DNA of 62,959 nt, filler included, from Octopus bimaculoides (lineage: Eukaryota), in assembly GCF_001194135.2 (NCBI RefSeq). It is 7 parts of 7 records of this genome, joined end to end, with 100 filler letters (N's around TTAATTAATTAA, not from the genome) between each part and the next. Parts side by side here need not be neighbours in the genome. Positions count along the whole stretch, not along the records: positions 19,653 to 27,435 come from NC_068987.1; positions 27,536 to 48,772 come from NC_068986.1; 5 more parts are not named here. The stretch is one strand, 5' to 3'. The notes beneath the pieces are model-generated. The model was not told the origin of the DNA, made no database searches, and saw only the letters and a list, made by a program, of their open reading frames with translations. Both the position numbers and the translations under genes were made by a program. Of this stretch, positions 24,635 to 38,504 are shown piece by piece. The number at the start of each line of letters is the position of its first letter. Position 1 is the first letter of the stretch.

Positions 24635-27035
24635 GTGACAGATATCTGTTTTAACAGCTCGAGTACACTGTAGATTTTCGAAGGAAATGCGATTCTATTT
24701 TACAAAATGTAACTTTAATTTCCCTTTGTACGTTCCATTTTTAAGTAACGTTGAATAAATATATAAAGAAAAAACAATATCTGTCTATAAATTTTGCTAA
24801 TGCATGACTGTTTAGTATCTTGACGATCGTATCAACATGAAATACATTGCTATTCTCAATGACTGTAAATAACATTTTTTAAAACCTCAGTTTGAATATT
24901 TAAAACAGCAATACGAGGATAAGAGAACATTTTTCGCAGCGATGTACATTTTCATGTAAGTAACTATCGATGTTACATCGACCCGAATTTATAATGTTGC
25001 TGCACATAAAATTTGATTTCTTATGTCAGGCTTCTAAAGAGTATGCATCTGTCACTTGTCATACTTCATGATGGCGTTAAAAGTAAGCGTAAGCAAATAA
25101 CAGTTTAAAGAACAGTAAAAAAACCTTATTACATGTAGATACAATTCGCACTTTACATGTTTAGTGATATCATATATATATATATACGTCTCGGATACAG
25201 CACTGGTGATAAGCAAGCAAGTTTCTCAACGATTATGGTAGCAGTAGTTCGAGACTTAGGGTTTGAACGTCATAAATCACATATCATTTTAACAAATATA
25301 CATTCAATTTGGTCAACTTACCAGGTTGAGTAAACTGGCTTTTCCTATTTGAAGGTTTAATTAATTCTTCAAACAAATTACATACGTAAAGATACTATTC
25401 ATCAAAATATATCGCATCATATTTTTTCACTGTTGTTATTATACTTAACACTTAGAGTTCAAAGTATTTATGTACGTTATGCACTAAGAATGTTGTTAAT
25501 TTTAATAATACTTTTGAAGCAATTTAACATGAATATTAAATTGAATGTGCAATAATATAATTTTAAATACTGGTATTAAATCACGTGGGTTTTTTTTTTA
25601 GGTGCGGGTGTTACTTTATGAGTACTATAAAAGCAATAACTCAGAACGCTTGTTAAATGTTGGCAAGTTTCTTTAAACAAATTGTGTTGATAACATATGC
25701 ATTGGCATAGGTTTAATACATAAAGTATCTTCAATTAGTGACCAACTTTTGCTAAGTTTGTTGGCATAAATAACCTTAAGTGCAGTATAGAACTACTTTC
25801 TTTTGGAAAGCGTTACTATCACAGTGAAAAAAAAAACGTACATTAACATGTTTGAGGGCAATTTTTATTAATTTCAGCCGAAGTATTTTGCTACAAAATA
25901 TAATTAAGCTAAGAGATTTTATACAATAAATTTAATTTTAATGTTGAGTTAGAATTATTTTGTAAGTGCATACTTGAGTAATGATAGTAATAAAATAAGC
26001 AGTGACAGTAACATAGCCTTGCAGTGGTTATGAATAAGTAGGAGTAATTATAATCGCTTGAGACATTTCCTTAGTACGTATTTCATCGTCCTCGTGAGAA
26101 TACAAGGCAATGACTTACCGTTCAAACCATAATCTCATTAAAGGGAAGGGTGAAATAAGATACTGTAAAATATCACTGCCCCACTCTACAGGTTTCGAGA
26201 CTCCGCTATTTGCAAATCTTTCATCGTAGCATATATATCACTTTCATAACCTGAAGTAAATATATATATATAAATTTAAACAATATACATAAATGTTTGA
26301 TTAATATGCTTTTATCATGTTTAATAATGCATTTCATTTATCACTTAACCGCTAGTTAAAGTATAATACGAAGTATCATTATTTGATAGTAAACTGTAAG
26401 ATTGCATGGAAGAGCAACTCATGTTTTGATTATCATGTGCTCTAAATAATAAATATGATTATGGACATATGACGTCCTTTGATAGAAACTATTTGCTAGT
26501 GGTATGCCCCAAAGATATATAAACATGAAACGCAAAAGCCAGACACAAAGAAAATAAAAGTTTGTCCGATAATATATCGTGTGTGGGATATGAACTCCAA
26601 TTATCAAAGACAACATTATTAAATACAATATAACAAAGTGATATTAGAGGTTTCGTGAAATCTGAAACATTTCAGGTGAGTTCATTGATCTGAAGCATAT
26701 AATAGCACAACAGACACGCAATGCAACACACGCTTGCTTATACATAAATACATATTTATACTTCTGAAGTGAGTTGGTAACCACCAGGACATTTTAAAAC
26801 TCTGGCAACATGCAGCTGAGTGATAGTAGAGACCAAAACGGAAATTTAGTGTAAGATATTCATAGAGCTTACACAATATGCTCAAAACTATATTCGGAGA
26901 GATTGCACAATTTATAAACTCACATACACATACATACATACATACATACATACATACATACATACATACATACCTGCATACATACATACATAGATACATA
27001 CATATATGTGTGTATAAATATATATATACATATAC

Positions 27036-27072
<37 letters not shown>

Positions 27073-27118
27073 ACAAACTTACTTGCAGAAAGGACGCGTG
27101 CGTTCAATTATGTAATAA

Positions 27119-27401
27119 TACAAAGAATATATATGCATGTATACACACATATATGTACATACTTACGTCTACATGTATATATAGATGCATATCAGGGTAC
27201 TGGACGTTAGAACAATGAACTACAGACATAGATGCAGCTGACGAAGGATTAATTCCAAGTGGCTATCTGTTTTCCTATGTGTTCGTTCCGTTGTCTGTAG
27301 TTCATTGTACTAACGTCCTGTACCCTGATATGCATCTATATACACATGTAGATGTAAGCATGTACATATATGTGTGTATACATGCATATATATTCTTTGT
27401 A
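27119..27401. repeat. 110-bp inverted repeat with 63-bp spacer
   Basis: 27119-27228 vs reverse complement of 27292-27401: 5 mismatches, no gaps. Confidence 0.93.
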
Positions 27402-29364
27402 TCATATATATGGATTGACTACATATATATATATANNNNNNNNNNNNNNNNNNNNNNNNNNNNNNNNNNNNNNNNNNNNTTAATTAATTAANNNNNNNNN
27501 NNNNNNNNNNNNNNNNNNNNNNNNNNNNNNNNNNNGTGAAACTCTGAGTTACAGTTTTTTTAAAAATATTTTTGATGCTTTTTAATAATGTATATATATA
27601 TATATATATGACTTTTACTCTCTACTCAGAGAGAAACTACGAGTGCATGTAAGTATTGTCTCTCAAGTGAAAACAAGCTGAATATCAAATTAACATTGCC
27701 TACCCATCGACAAGGAAATTTCAGAATTTATAGTCGTAGTAATAATCTTTCCGGATTATATGGACATAAAGAATGTAAGAGGAAGGAAACATAATGAAAA
27801 TACAAACAGCGAAGAATTGCATAGTGAAAAGAAGAAAAGTAAAAACAGTTCTTAAAATTAAAAATATTGAAAAGATAAATGAGAGAGATAGAGTTAGGAC
27901 AAGCAGAACAAACCGAAAAATAAAAGAAAAGCAAACGAAAACCCAGCATGACTACAGAATATTGACCAGCAAAATATTTCTAAGAATAGAAAGTTCTAAA
28001 ACTGGATATGTTGAACATGCCAATAACGTAAACGTAGAAATTGGTAAGCATTAAAATCAATAGAATATCTTCCTATGGACTAAATTTAACAATAGCATAG
28101 AAACAGCAATAAGAGTAGGCAAACAAGCGTAGACAGAAGGTAATATCAATCTGGTTAGCCAATTAAGTATGTAGCAACAGAGTAGTCAGATAGAAAAGTA
28201 GATACTTCCTGAAAACATAATATAACGACATTTAAACCCAGGCAAACATAGTGGGAGACAAACATACAGACAAAGATATCAAATAAAAGCAATAATTCAT
28301 ATAACGAAATGTAATAAGAAAAGAAAAGTCTATAGCAAAAAAAAAAAAGAAATTCCAACGAAATACAAGTTAACAAAAAAATTGTAGAGGAAATGAAAAA
28401 TGTAAGGAAAGGGATCTTCAATAAATCGCAAACAGTTCATATCAACAACTCGGTTCAAAGGAAGACAAATCAGTACAGCAACAACTGCAAGACATAAGGG
28501 TTATTTAAGGAAGGATTACGCGAACGATTTAGATTAACTTCTTTAAAAACAATCTAGGGAAATGTTGAGAAAAATAGTAATTGTTGATTCAAATATAACA
28601 GAAAAATAGCGACATGAAAAAATTTCGGAAGTGAGGGTAAAAAATGCACTAAAATTGATGCTGAAATATCTACAAAGTAACACGATTTTTCCTGCGCAAT
28701 ACAGAGTGAGATAATTCTTAGGCACTTTGTGTAATACATGAATTGCAGTGTCAGGAATTTCTGACCTATACAGGCTGGAAGCAAAATTGGAAAGAATCGC
28801 ACCCGGTTACGATTCTTATACGTACCCGGTTACAAGGATGCGGTGCTCTTCCTAAACATGAAAATCATTGTAAAATAAATTTTCCATGAAAACATATAGA
28901 GTAGTAGAGATTGAATGGAAATATTCAAACAAAAATAAAACAAGATTTTGTTTAAAGTACGTTTCTGAAGTTTAAAGTACTTTTCTAACATAAAAATTTT
29001 TTTTTTTAAATAAGTACGGAAATAAAAATACCGACAGGATTAGGGGAGACAAGAACAGGTAAATGAATACAAACTAGAAGTGGAATTGGAAATGGGTTTA
29101 CCGATTTTAAACTAGAAGGTATTTACTATTTCACTCACGTTATTAATATTTGATCATTGTGTCGACAGTCTAATTGATAAAAGAAAATAATAGTTGCCAA
29201 AGATAGAAGTTTTAAAGCCAGGACAGCAGTTACAATACAAGAATCGTTCGGCAAAAAATATCAAGAACGATTTCGTCAGGTTGGATATAGAATATAAATG
29301 CACAATATTTTAAGGCACAATGAAAATATTACATTCGTTGAAGTTGTGTATACAAGCCGAACGG

Positions 29365-29407
<43 letters not shown>

Positions 29408-29414
29408 CTACCAG

Positions 29415-29690
29415 GATTATGAGGTAGTGATTTCGATTCACGGACCGCGCTATGTGTCGTGTTCTTAAGTAAGACACTTTATTTCACGTTGCTTCACTTC
29501 ACTCAGCTGTAGAAATGAGTTGTGACATCACTGGTGCCAAGCTGTATCAGCCATTGCGTCTCCCTTGGACAACATCGTTGACATGGAGAGGAGGAGGTTG
29601 GGCGACTGCTGGTCTTCCATCAACAACCTGACCCAGACTTGGGATTTGGAGTGGAACTTGCTAGGTGCGATCCCCTGGTGATTCATGACG
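29415..29690 (+). mobile_element. Diverged SINE family C-like copy
   Basis: TTTCGATTCACGG...GTGTTCTTAAGTAAGACACTTTATTTCACGTTGCTTCACTTCACTCAGCTG. Confidence 0.55.
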
Positions 29691-29708
29691 CAAGGTGGAT
29701 CTTTTACC

Positions 29709-29739
<31 letters not shown>

Positions 29740-30405
29740 GAGATGAAGGTGAAGGAGAATGAGGGAGTGTCGTTTGTGTGTGTATGTGTGTGTGTGTGTG
29801 TGTGTATGGATGTATATAGTAATTTTTAAATCCAATTAATTATTCTGAGAACACCGAATGTTACATCATTAGACTGTCAATGGTGCTGGAAATCTCATAT
29901 CACGTGATTTTATTCTATTGGGAGTCATCAGTGAGTAGAACTGGGTGACAGATTGCCAGTCAAATCGTGCTACCACGACATATACATTTTCAGGATTAAT
30001 GAAGACGTTGATATCCCAAATAGCCAGCGGATTTGTTAAAATTTAATTCTTAGCGACGGAGGAAGTACAGATATGAAAAGGTATGGATGCCTTGTTTGAA
30101 TACCAAATATTGCGATAGGAGAGGTGAGACATCCCTCATGTTGGCACCTGGTGCGTAACAGCCAACACATAGATCGTAGCAGATGAAACTCGTTGCGAAT
30201 ACTGCACACACTCAAACAGACACACAGACACATACACATATATATGTATACGTAGAGAAATATGGTCATTAATTTACTAAGTTTATAGGGAAACTGCCAT
30301 ACATGAATCTCATGAGAAACAAGGGACAGTTTGATAAAGACATACCTTGAAAACACTATCCTTCAAAATTGTGTACATATGTATAAGTTCATATACACAC
30401 ATATA

Positions 30406-30479
<74 letters not shown>

Positions 30480-31661
30480 TAAGCATGAGAGAAAAGTGTT
30501 GGGAACAGGTTGAAAATGCATCAACATTTCTTCTTTATATGCATAAAAATATATTTTGTATAATTAAAACTTGTTTTACTTTTTAATGTATGGGGAAAGT
30601 AGTTCCATTCTATGCATGGGAAATGACAATACAAAGATACAATTTTCACCGAATAAATGTTTTCGTATTAAAGCTGAACTGAAAATATACTAGTATTCGT
30701 ACCCTCCCGGTGGTTTTGAGTTAAATAACATGTAGAAACATATGACACAGAAGTGAAAAGGGTGAAAAGGAGCAACGAAAAATGAAGTCACATGTTGCTT
30801 CGAGTCTTTTGAATTGAAAATAACTTTTGTGTGTAAAATTTTGAGTTTTGCAGCTAAAATATTTTGTGTGTAGTATAGGAAAAAAGTAATACATAACAAA
30901 CCTCGATCCGGTTTCTTTGATATCAGCTTATTTCAAAGTTTTCTGTATTTGATACCATGTACGGATTAATGAATAAGTTGGCATGTAGCGTATGATATTC
31001 CGAAAACAAAGGGCGTATATGTTGTTTGTGTTTTCCATCTCTTGTGATATACACATACGTAAGTGTGTATACGTATGAATATGCATCTGTCTGTCTGTAT
31101 GTATATATATATATATATATATATNNNNNNNNNNNNNNNNNNNNNNNNNNNNNNNNNNNNNNNNNNNNNNNNNNNNNNNNNNNNNNNNNNNNNNNNNNNN
31201 NNNNNNNNNNNNNNNNNNNNNNNNNNNNNNNNNNNNNNNNNNNNNNNNNNNNNNNNNNNNNNNNNNNNNNNNNNNNNNNNNNNNNNNNNNNNNNNNNNNN
31301 NNNNNNNNNNNNNNNNNNNNNNNNNNNNNNNNNNNNNNNNNNNNNNNNNNNNNNNNNNNNNNNNNNNNNNNNNNNNNNNNNNNNNNNNNNNNNNNNNNNN
31401 NNNNNNNNNNNNNNNNNNNNNNNNNNNNNNNNNNNNNNNNNNNNNNNNNNNNNNNNNNNNNNNNNNNNNNNNNNNNNNNNNNNNNNNNNNNNNNNNNNNN
31501 NNNNNNNNNNNNNNNNNNNNNNNNNNNNNNNNNNNNNNNNNNNNNNNNNNNNNNNNNNNNNNNNNNNNNNNNNNNNNNNNNNNNNNNNNNNNNNNNNNNN
31601 NNNNNNNNNNNNNNNNNNNNNNNNNNNNNNNNNNNNNNNNATATACGTGTGTGTGCGTGTG

Positions 31662-31696
<35 letters not shown>

Positions 31697-32587
31697 CTGT
31701 GTCCATATATCCACAGTATATATCTATATAAGTATATAGGATGCAGCCATATTATACCGGTACTGAAGAATTTCCAGTGACTACAAAGACAGAACATGAA
31801 ACACTAAAATCATATTACTTACGTTGCAATTGAGATATGCGTGAATAACTTTAATTTTTTTACTTTTACCTGATTGGCTAACTGAACGTTGGCCATGCTT
31901 AAACTTCATCTTCAGAGACTTTCGGAGTATTCTCGATCCTAGTAACTACATTTCATTTAAAAATTTGCCACAAATCCTGTTGGTGCTGCTTCTACAGAAT
32001 ACCTAATTTAAGGGAGGGTAAATAGACCAAGAGCGGTTGTCAAGTTGTCAGACGGAACAACCGGACATAAACACGCACATATGTATATATTCATATATAC
32101 ATGGATCAATGCGTATAAATATATCTATATATATATATACACATATATACACACATATATATACATATATATACTTATATATATATATATATATATATAT
32201 NNNNNNNNNNNNNNNNNNNNNNNNNNNNNNNNNNNNNNNNNNNNNNNNNNNNNNNNNNNNNNNNNNNNNNNNNNNNNNNNNNNNNNNNNNNNNNNNNNNN
32301 NNNNNNNNNNNNNNNNNNNNNNNNNNNNNNNNNNNNNNNNNNNNNNNNNNNNNNNNNNNNNNNNNNNNNNNNNNNNNNNNNNNNNNNNNNNNNNNNNNNN
32401 NNNNNNNNNNNNNNNNNNNNNNNNNNNNNNNNNNNNNNNNNNNNNNNNNNNNNNNNNNNNNNNNNNNNTATGAATGGATGAAATTTGAAGAAAAACAAAA
32501 GAGGAACCAGGTCTATGAAAAGCAATTTGTATTAGTTTGACGCCCGGGAATCTGAGAAAGTCTCATACTATCGCACGCGCACGCAAA

Positions 32588-32630
<43 letters not shown>

Positions 32631-33029
32631 ATGCATACATTTCTATACAAACCACAGGGAACCTCATGGTTTCTGTCAACCAAATTCGCTCATACAATAT
32701 TAGTCGGCCCGTGGCCATAATATATACTTAACAATGGATTTGAAACTGGAATGACGTGGCTAAAACTCGACTCTCTTAACCACACAATTTTTTCTGCAAT
32801 AATAAAGCAAAATAACAACTTTTGAAACTACGTGCGGTTAACTGTTTTTAGCAGCGTAATTAACATACACAGAAAGAATAATATATCTGAAATAATGACG
32901 AATAAATAAATGGAATAGATAATTGTGATAATAATGATTTTTTTTCCATAGAATTTAATGTTCTAAAAGATAGAGATGCTTTACGCATGATAACTCCAGA
33001 ACCATCAGTTTCAGCATTTCATACCAAAA

Positions 33030-33060
<31 letters not shown>

Positions 33061-33649
33061 TATATATTTCTTTTCCTGCGCGGACGTCCAAAGAACTGGA
33101 CGTTTTCTTTCTCTCTCTCTCTGCTATGTGTTCTCTTTTCAAAGAAATTATTTCTTCCAGCGTTCACTATATATCTCTATTTCTGGTCTAACGACGTCTC
33201 CATTTTTCCTTTCGTTCGGTTTCCTTGTATGTCTCCACTCTCCGGGTTTTGTTCACAGATTTGACTCTCCATAAATCCTAAATTTCATTTTAGAATTTAT
33301 GGGAACAACTATTTTTGAAGACTGATATTGTCGTTGAATACTGGAAGTGAGGACTAGATAGACAGCCGACAACTGATGAAGGGTCATTCTCTGTGTCTTC
33401 TTCTCCTGTTTCCAAGTTTCTCTCTCGTTGTTTGCGTAATGAATGAACTCATTTGTTTTCGTATTCCATGATTGTTACACGGTTGGTACCGTTCTGTACC
33501 CATATATGCATATATATCTATATAGTTTATGAGCGATAGTGGTATCAATTAGACCCAAAGGTTTCAGGTAATGCTGAGTAAGTGCTATGGATAGACCACA
33601 GTTAAGCTCCAGGTTCGGTAGTTATGTGAATAAGGGGTCCAACGTAGGT

Positions 33650-34050
33650 CATATATCAGCGTGTGAATATAAGGATTTACTTTTCGTAATGAGATAAAAT
33701 ACCAAGGCTGTGTATAATATAGAACATTTATAAATAGAATGTCTTACAGCTGTTTCCAGGATATGTATTATATCCCTTCATCAGAGACGGTGTGAGAGAA
33801 TGGTTAAGCAATAGTTAGTTTAGTTAAGATAGGAAATAGAGAGTGAATGTAGGGATATTGTATTTGTAAATCTATTGTTTAGGCAGAATGGTATACATAT
33901 AAGTTTCCAATACCTTGTGAGTAAGATCCAATTGTTTATAAGATTGGTCGATGAGTTTGTAAATCCATTATTAAGAGTAAAATCCAAGTAAAATGAGTAA
34001 AATGAGTAAAATCCAAGTGTCTTTGAAATTGTTCATTCCAAATACAGAGT
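33650..34050 (-). mobile_element. Probable PLE terminal repeat region
   Basis: Contains the hammerhead; 33866-34042 is homologous to 1976-2137; lies 3' (minus sense) of a GIY-YIG remnant. Confidence 0.55.
33741..33788 (-). ncRNA. Minimal type I hammerhead ribozyme motif (PLE type)
   Basis: Minus: GTCT CTGATGA AG-GGATAT-AATAC-ATATCC-TG GAAA C AGCT G TA AGAC. Stem I GTCT/AGAC, 6-bp stem II, palindromic ACAGCTGT stem III, GUA site. Confidence 0.82.
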
Positions 34051-34095
34051 TTATACGCAGTGTTATTGAATCAATGGTTCTGTTTAAACAGTACA

Positions 34096-34205
<110 letters not shown>

Positions 34206-34380
34206 TGTGTGTGTGTGTATTTATGTATGTATATTATAATGAGATAGTTACTATAAAGCTTTGTTAGAATAAAAGATCATGTGTATAAAAGATCATGTGT
34301 AAGGATAGAACAGTGAGAAGTAAATGCAAGGCAAATGACAAGAAAACAATTATATGAATTAATGTAGCCTTACCTCGTAT

Positions 34381-34830
34381 TCCATATTTTGGGGTTATGA
34401 CCCCATTTTCAAGAAATTCATGATTGTTACCGATGAACGTGTGTGTGTGAGCGTGTTTGGAGAGGACATGCTCGGAAAGGGGTTGTTATAGCAACCAGCT
34501 AGCTTTCTGTAACTCTCTCCTGTTGTTAATAGGTTTCTTTTGGTGTTAGAGGATAACCTCAGAGATTCTAAGGTTGCCCCTGTTCTGCTTCGTTGACTTG
34601 ATTATGCACTGTGATTTCCCGTGTCTCGCATTTCCGTAGATGTTTCTTCAAGGAAGTGTCTGTCTACATGTCTTCCTTTATGCGTACATGCAGTTTTCTT
34701 GTCATGCTTCCGATGTAGGATGCGTCACATTTGCCACAAATGATCTCGTATACATCATAGGTCCTCTGGCACAATTCAGGCGACACTTCCGTGAAGAAAC
34801 ATCTGTGGAAAGTTCCTGATCCGGGAATTT
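34381..34830 (-). mobile_element. Penelope-like element GIY-YIG endonuclease remnant plus decayed hammerhead
   Basis: VYEIICGKCDASYIGSMTRKLHVRIKE...SLKKHLRKC, frameshift, NLRISEVIL..KPINNRREL, stop ~34486. About 75 nt further: TGAAAAT-GGGGT-CATA-ACCCC-AAAA (34381-34414). Confidence 0.85.
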
Positions 34831-34856
34831 ATACAATGTGTATATGTATATATACA

Positions 34857-34904
<48 letters not shown>

Positions 34905-35344
34905 CACGCACATACGCAGACACACACACACACAGACACACACACATACACACACAGACACACCCACACCCACCCACACACACACACACACATNNNNNNN
35001 NNNNNACAGATTAAATTTAAATGTTGAAGTGAATCTGACGGCTTTTGTGTGTTATTATATATATATATATATATTTATAAAAAGGGCATTATTACAGAAA
35101 AATAATAACAACACACAGTGGACTTCTCAAAATAACCACATTTAGTACCTAATGCGAGGAAAACAACCAACAGAAGATGAATTATTTGAAAGTGCTGGAG
35201 AGTTTATTATGAACACAAGAAGAGAAGAACGTGTCATGTTAGAATGTGAACATAGCATATTAGGAAGTGTAATTTTATTCCGTATTTTGAAGAGCGGGCG
35301 ACTCGGCCCGTGTACAGATGCAGAGCATTAACTACTATGCGACA

Positions 35345-35475
35345 TACTGATTTCAAATGTTGGCACAAGGGTATGTTTGAGTCGATTACATCGGCCCCAG
35401 AGTTCAAATGGTAGTTATTTATAGACCCCAAAACGATGAAAAAATATCTGACTTAGGCGGAATTTGAACTACAAT
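35345..35475 (-). mobile_element. Partial SINE family A copy
   Basis: GTCGATTACATCGGCCCCAG...ATAGACCCC...GGCGGAATTTGAAC. Confidence 0.6.
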
Positions 35476-35519
35476 ACTATAGATTAGATAATATATATCT
35501 TTATTATATATATATATAT

Positions 35520-35738
35520 TTATTTCTTTATTGCTCACAAGGGGACAAAGAAGGACAAGCAAAGGGATTAAGTCAATTACATCGAACCCAGTGCATAATT
35601 GGTATTTATTTAATCGACCCCGAGAGGATTAAAGGCAAGGTCGACCTCGGCGGAATTTGAACTCAGAACGTAGCGGCAGACGAAATGCCGCTAAGTATTT
35701 CGCCCCGCGTGCTAACGTTTCCGCCAGCTTGCCACCTT
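35520..35738 (-). mobile_element. Near full-length SINE family A
   Basis: Head GGTGGCAAGCTGGCGGAAACG, B-box GAGTTCAAATTCC, core GTCGACCTTGCCTTTAATCCTCTCGGGGTCG, tail ending AATAAAGAAATA. Confidence 0.88.
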
Positions 35739-36613
35739 GTTATATATATGGGTATTGCCTACATATGATATGATGGGGTTATGGCTACAATGTCTGTGTC
35801 CTGAGGTTAACGAAAGAACACGCGGCTGATACAACCATATTCCACACAAAGCTGGAATACAAAGATAACATCAGTTGCATTCGAACGTGACGCGTAAATG
35901 TCTGCAAAAACTAAATATCAAAAGCATGATTTCTGTTGTTTAGAATCTGCTAATCCAGAAAATATTTAAATAAACTAACACAAAGAATGTACCTTCGGTG
36001 ACGTGGCAATTATATTTATAAAGACCACATGAAATTAGCTGTTCACGCAAATAATTAAATATTTATTTTCTAAATATTAAATCCATAACGTTTAAATTAG
36101 GTGACGAAATGGCGGCTACATGTTTACGCAAATACATTTGATGTGTGTGTTTGTATTTTCTATGTGTAGGTGGAATAAGAGTATGCGTATCAATATTTGG
36201 TGTATGTATATTGATATGTGCGTATAATTTTATACATGTATGTGTAAAACACTAGCATTTAGTGTGTGCTATATTTAAATTCAAATTTTCAGCAAATCAC
36301 AAGGAAATATTTCAATAATTAAAATTATTGGAAATTAGACACACGAAGCTAATTAGCCGGGAGTAAACACACAGGCACACATAGTAACACTCTTACTCAC
36401 GGTAAAAGGAACGCGCATTAATACAGTTGCCAACACACACCGACAGTTGTTTTCACATACATCATACACATATTGTTTTGCTGTGTGTGTTTAATGTATA
36501 TTATCTCTTTTTAATCTCACAAAATGTCAATATTAATGTAGACATATATATATATATATATATATACATACAGACATATACGTATGCATGCATACATACA
36601 TATATATATAATA

Positions 36614-36654
<41 letters not shown>

Positions 36655-36734
36655 TCACTTATATATGCATACAAATATATGTGTATGTGTGCATAGATAC
36701 ACCCACATTCAAATATTTTATACATATGTATAAA

Positions 36735-36770
<36 letters not shown>

Positions 36771-36976
36771 NNNNNNNNNNNNNNNNNNNNNNNNNNNNNN
36801 NNNNNNNNNNNNNNNNNNNNNNNNNNNNNNNNNNNNNNNNNNNNNNNNNNNNNNNNNNNNNNNNNNNNNNNNNNNNNNNNNNNNNNNNNNNNNNNNNNNN
36901 NNNNNNNNNNNNNNNNNNNNNTATATATACATACAGACATATACGTATGCATGCATACATACATATATATATAATA

Positions 36977-37017
<41 letters not shown>

Positions 37018-37097
37018 TCACTTATATATGCATACAAATATATGTGTATGTGTGCATAGATACACCCACATTCAAATATTTTATACATATGTATAAA

Positions 37098-37147
<50 letters not shown>

Positions 37148-38218
37148 ATGTATGTATATATATTGACATTTTGAAAGCTTAAAAATGTCCTTAAAATACA
37201 TAAAAGAAGATGCGAAACAAAAGAATGAATAATGTATTTAAATGGTAATTGTTATTTTTATTGTTCTTATTTCAACTCGACGCCGTGTTAAAGCTGTGGC
37301 GTTTCGACATTGAGATAGAGTTTTATCAAAGAATTGCAGCCGACACTACATCAATGATGGAATTATGACAGACTTTAATACAATTGTTTGATGATTTGTT
37401 TGTCAATCTTAATCAAACATGAATATTATTTTATCAAAGTGTGCAGTCAATACAGATATTGCTGGAACTTTACAAACAAAATATAAAATATTAAGAAAAA
37501 GAAAGATAAAAATAAGTGAAATAAACAATTCGATATTTCAGAAATCTAATATATTTATTTTTGCCTTTGCTGCTAATGCTTTCGTTAGCATTTTCGCCAT
37601 TAATATGATTGTTTCTGCAGTCTTATTTAGATTGCGTGCTTTTACTGCAAACCGAACGGTATTCCCTGTGCCTTACGTACGCGAAATCTTCATCCCTTGT
37701 TGTTTGTGTATTTTCTTTTGTTGTTTTTGTCCGTTGTTTTCTATTATCTGCATTCTACTCTCCGTAATATGTGCTGTGCCTCGCTGCATTACGTATATGG
37801 TGTGTATATGCATAAATCCAATGTTTATAGTAAGGTTTTTGTCTATATCACGCTGTCGGAATATTTATGGATATATCATTATCATGCAGGCTGCGTATGT
37901 TAGCAAACCATATACTTTGTTTACAGATTGTATATTTGGTTAATTTCTAACCTATTTTATATAGGAATATATTGCAACATTTTTTTCTAAAGAAACAAAT
38001 TAAATAAATAAAGAAGAGCAACATTCATCTCCCACTTTAAATGAATTGCTGTTATATTATCTGAATACCGATAAAGATATAGATTTCATGCTATATTGGT
38101 TGGCCCTCGTTACCTTACTGTTTTAGTATTTCTTTCCTAATGCTTGCATAATTACCTTCGAATGAAATACCCTTAATTTTGTCACAGATACAAATGCACA
38201 GACATGTAAACACATAGA

Positions 38219-38219
<1 letters not shown>

Positions 38220-38275
<56 letters not shown>

Positions 38276-38289
38276 TTATACACATACCT

Positions 38290-38362
<73 letters not shown>

Positions 38363-38456
38363 TATAGAGATAGAGAGAGGGAGATAGAGTGATAGATAGA
38401 TAGAACGACAGGCAGACAGACAGACAGATATGTAGATAGACAGACAGACAGATATG

Positions 38457-38504
<48 letters not shown>
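38220..38504. repeat. (TA)n and (TAGA)n/(CAGA)n microsatellite abutting the Tx1 3' end
   Basis: Directly visible. Confidence 0.97.

Noticed and set aside
27630-27648. 19-nt micro-exon candidate with good AG and GTAAGT
   Set aside because: Does not continue the EGF frame sensibly; such signals occur by chance in 63 kb.
27790-28800. Hydrophobic minus-strand ORFs vaguely like ABCA or other TM segments
   Set aside because: Explained by strong A-rich strand skew; many stops and no diagnostic motif.
29243-29280. CTGACGA followed by an 8-bp stem on the minus strand
   Set aside because: No GAAA or stem III after the stem; not a hammerhead.
36559-37133. ~210-bp direct repeat
   Set aside because: Apparently identical copies flank an N gap; probably an assembly overlap.
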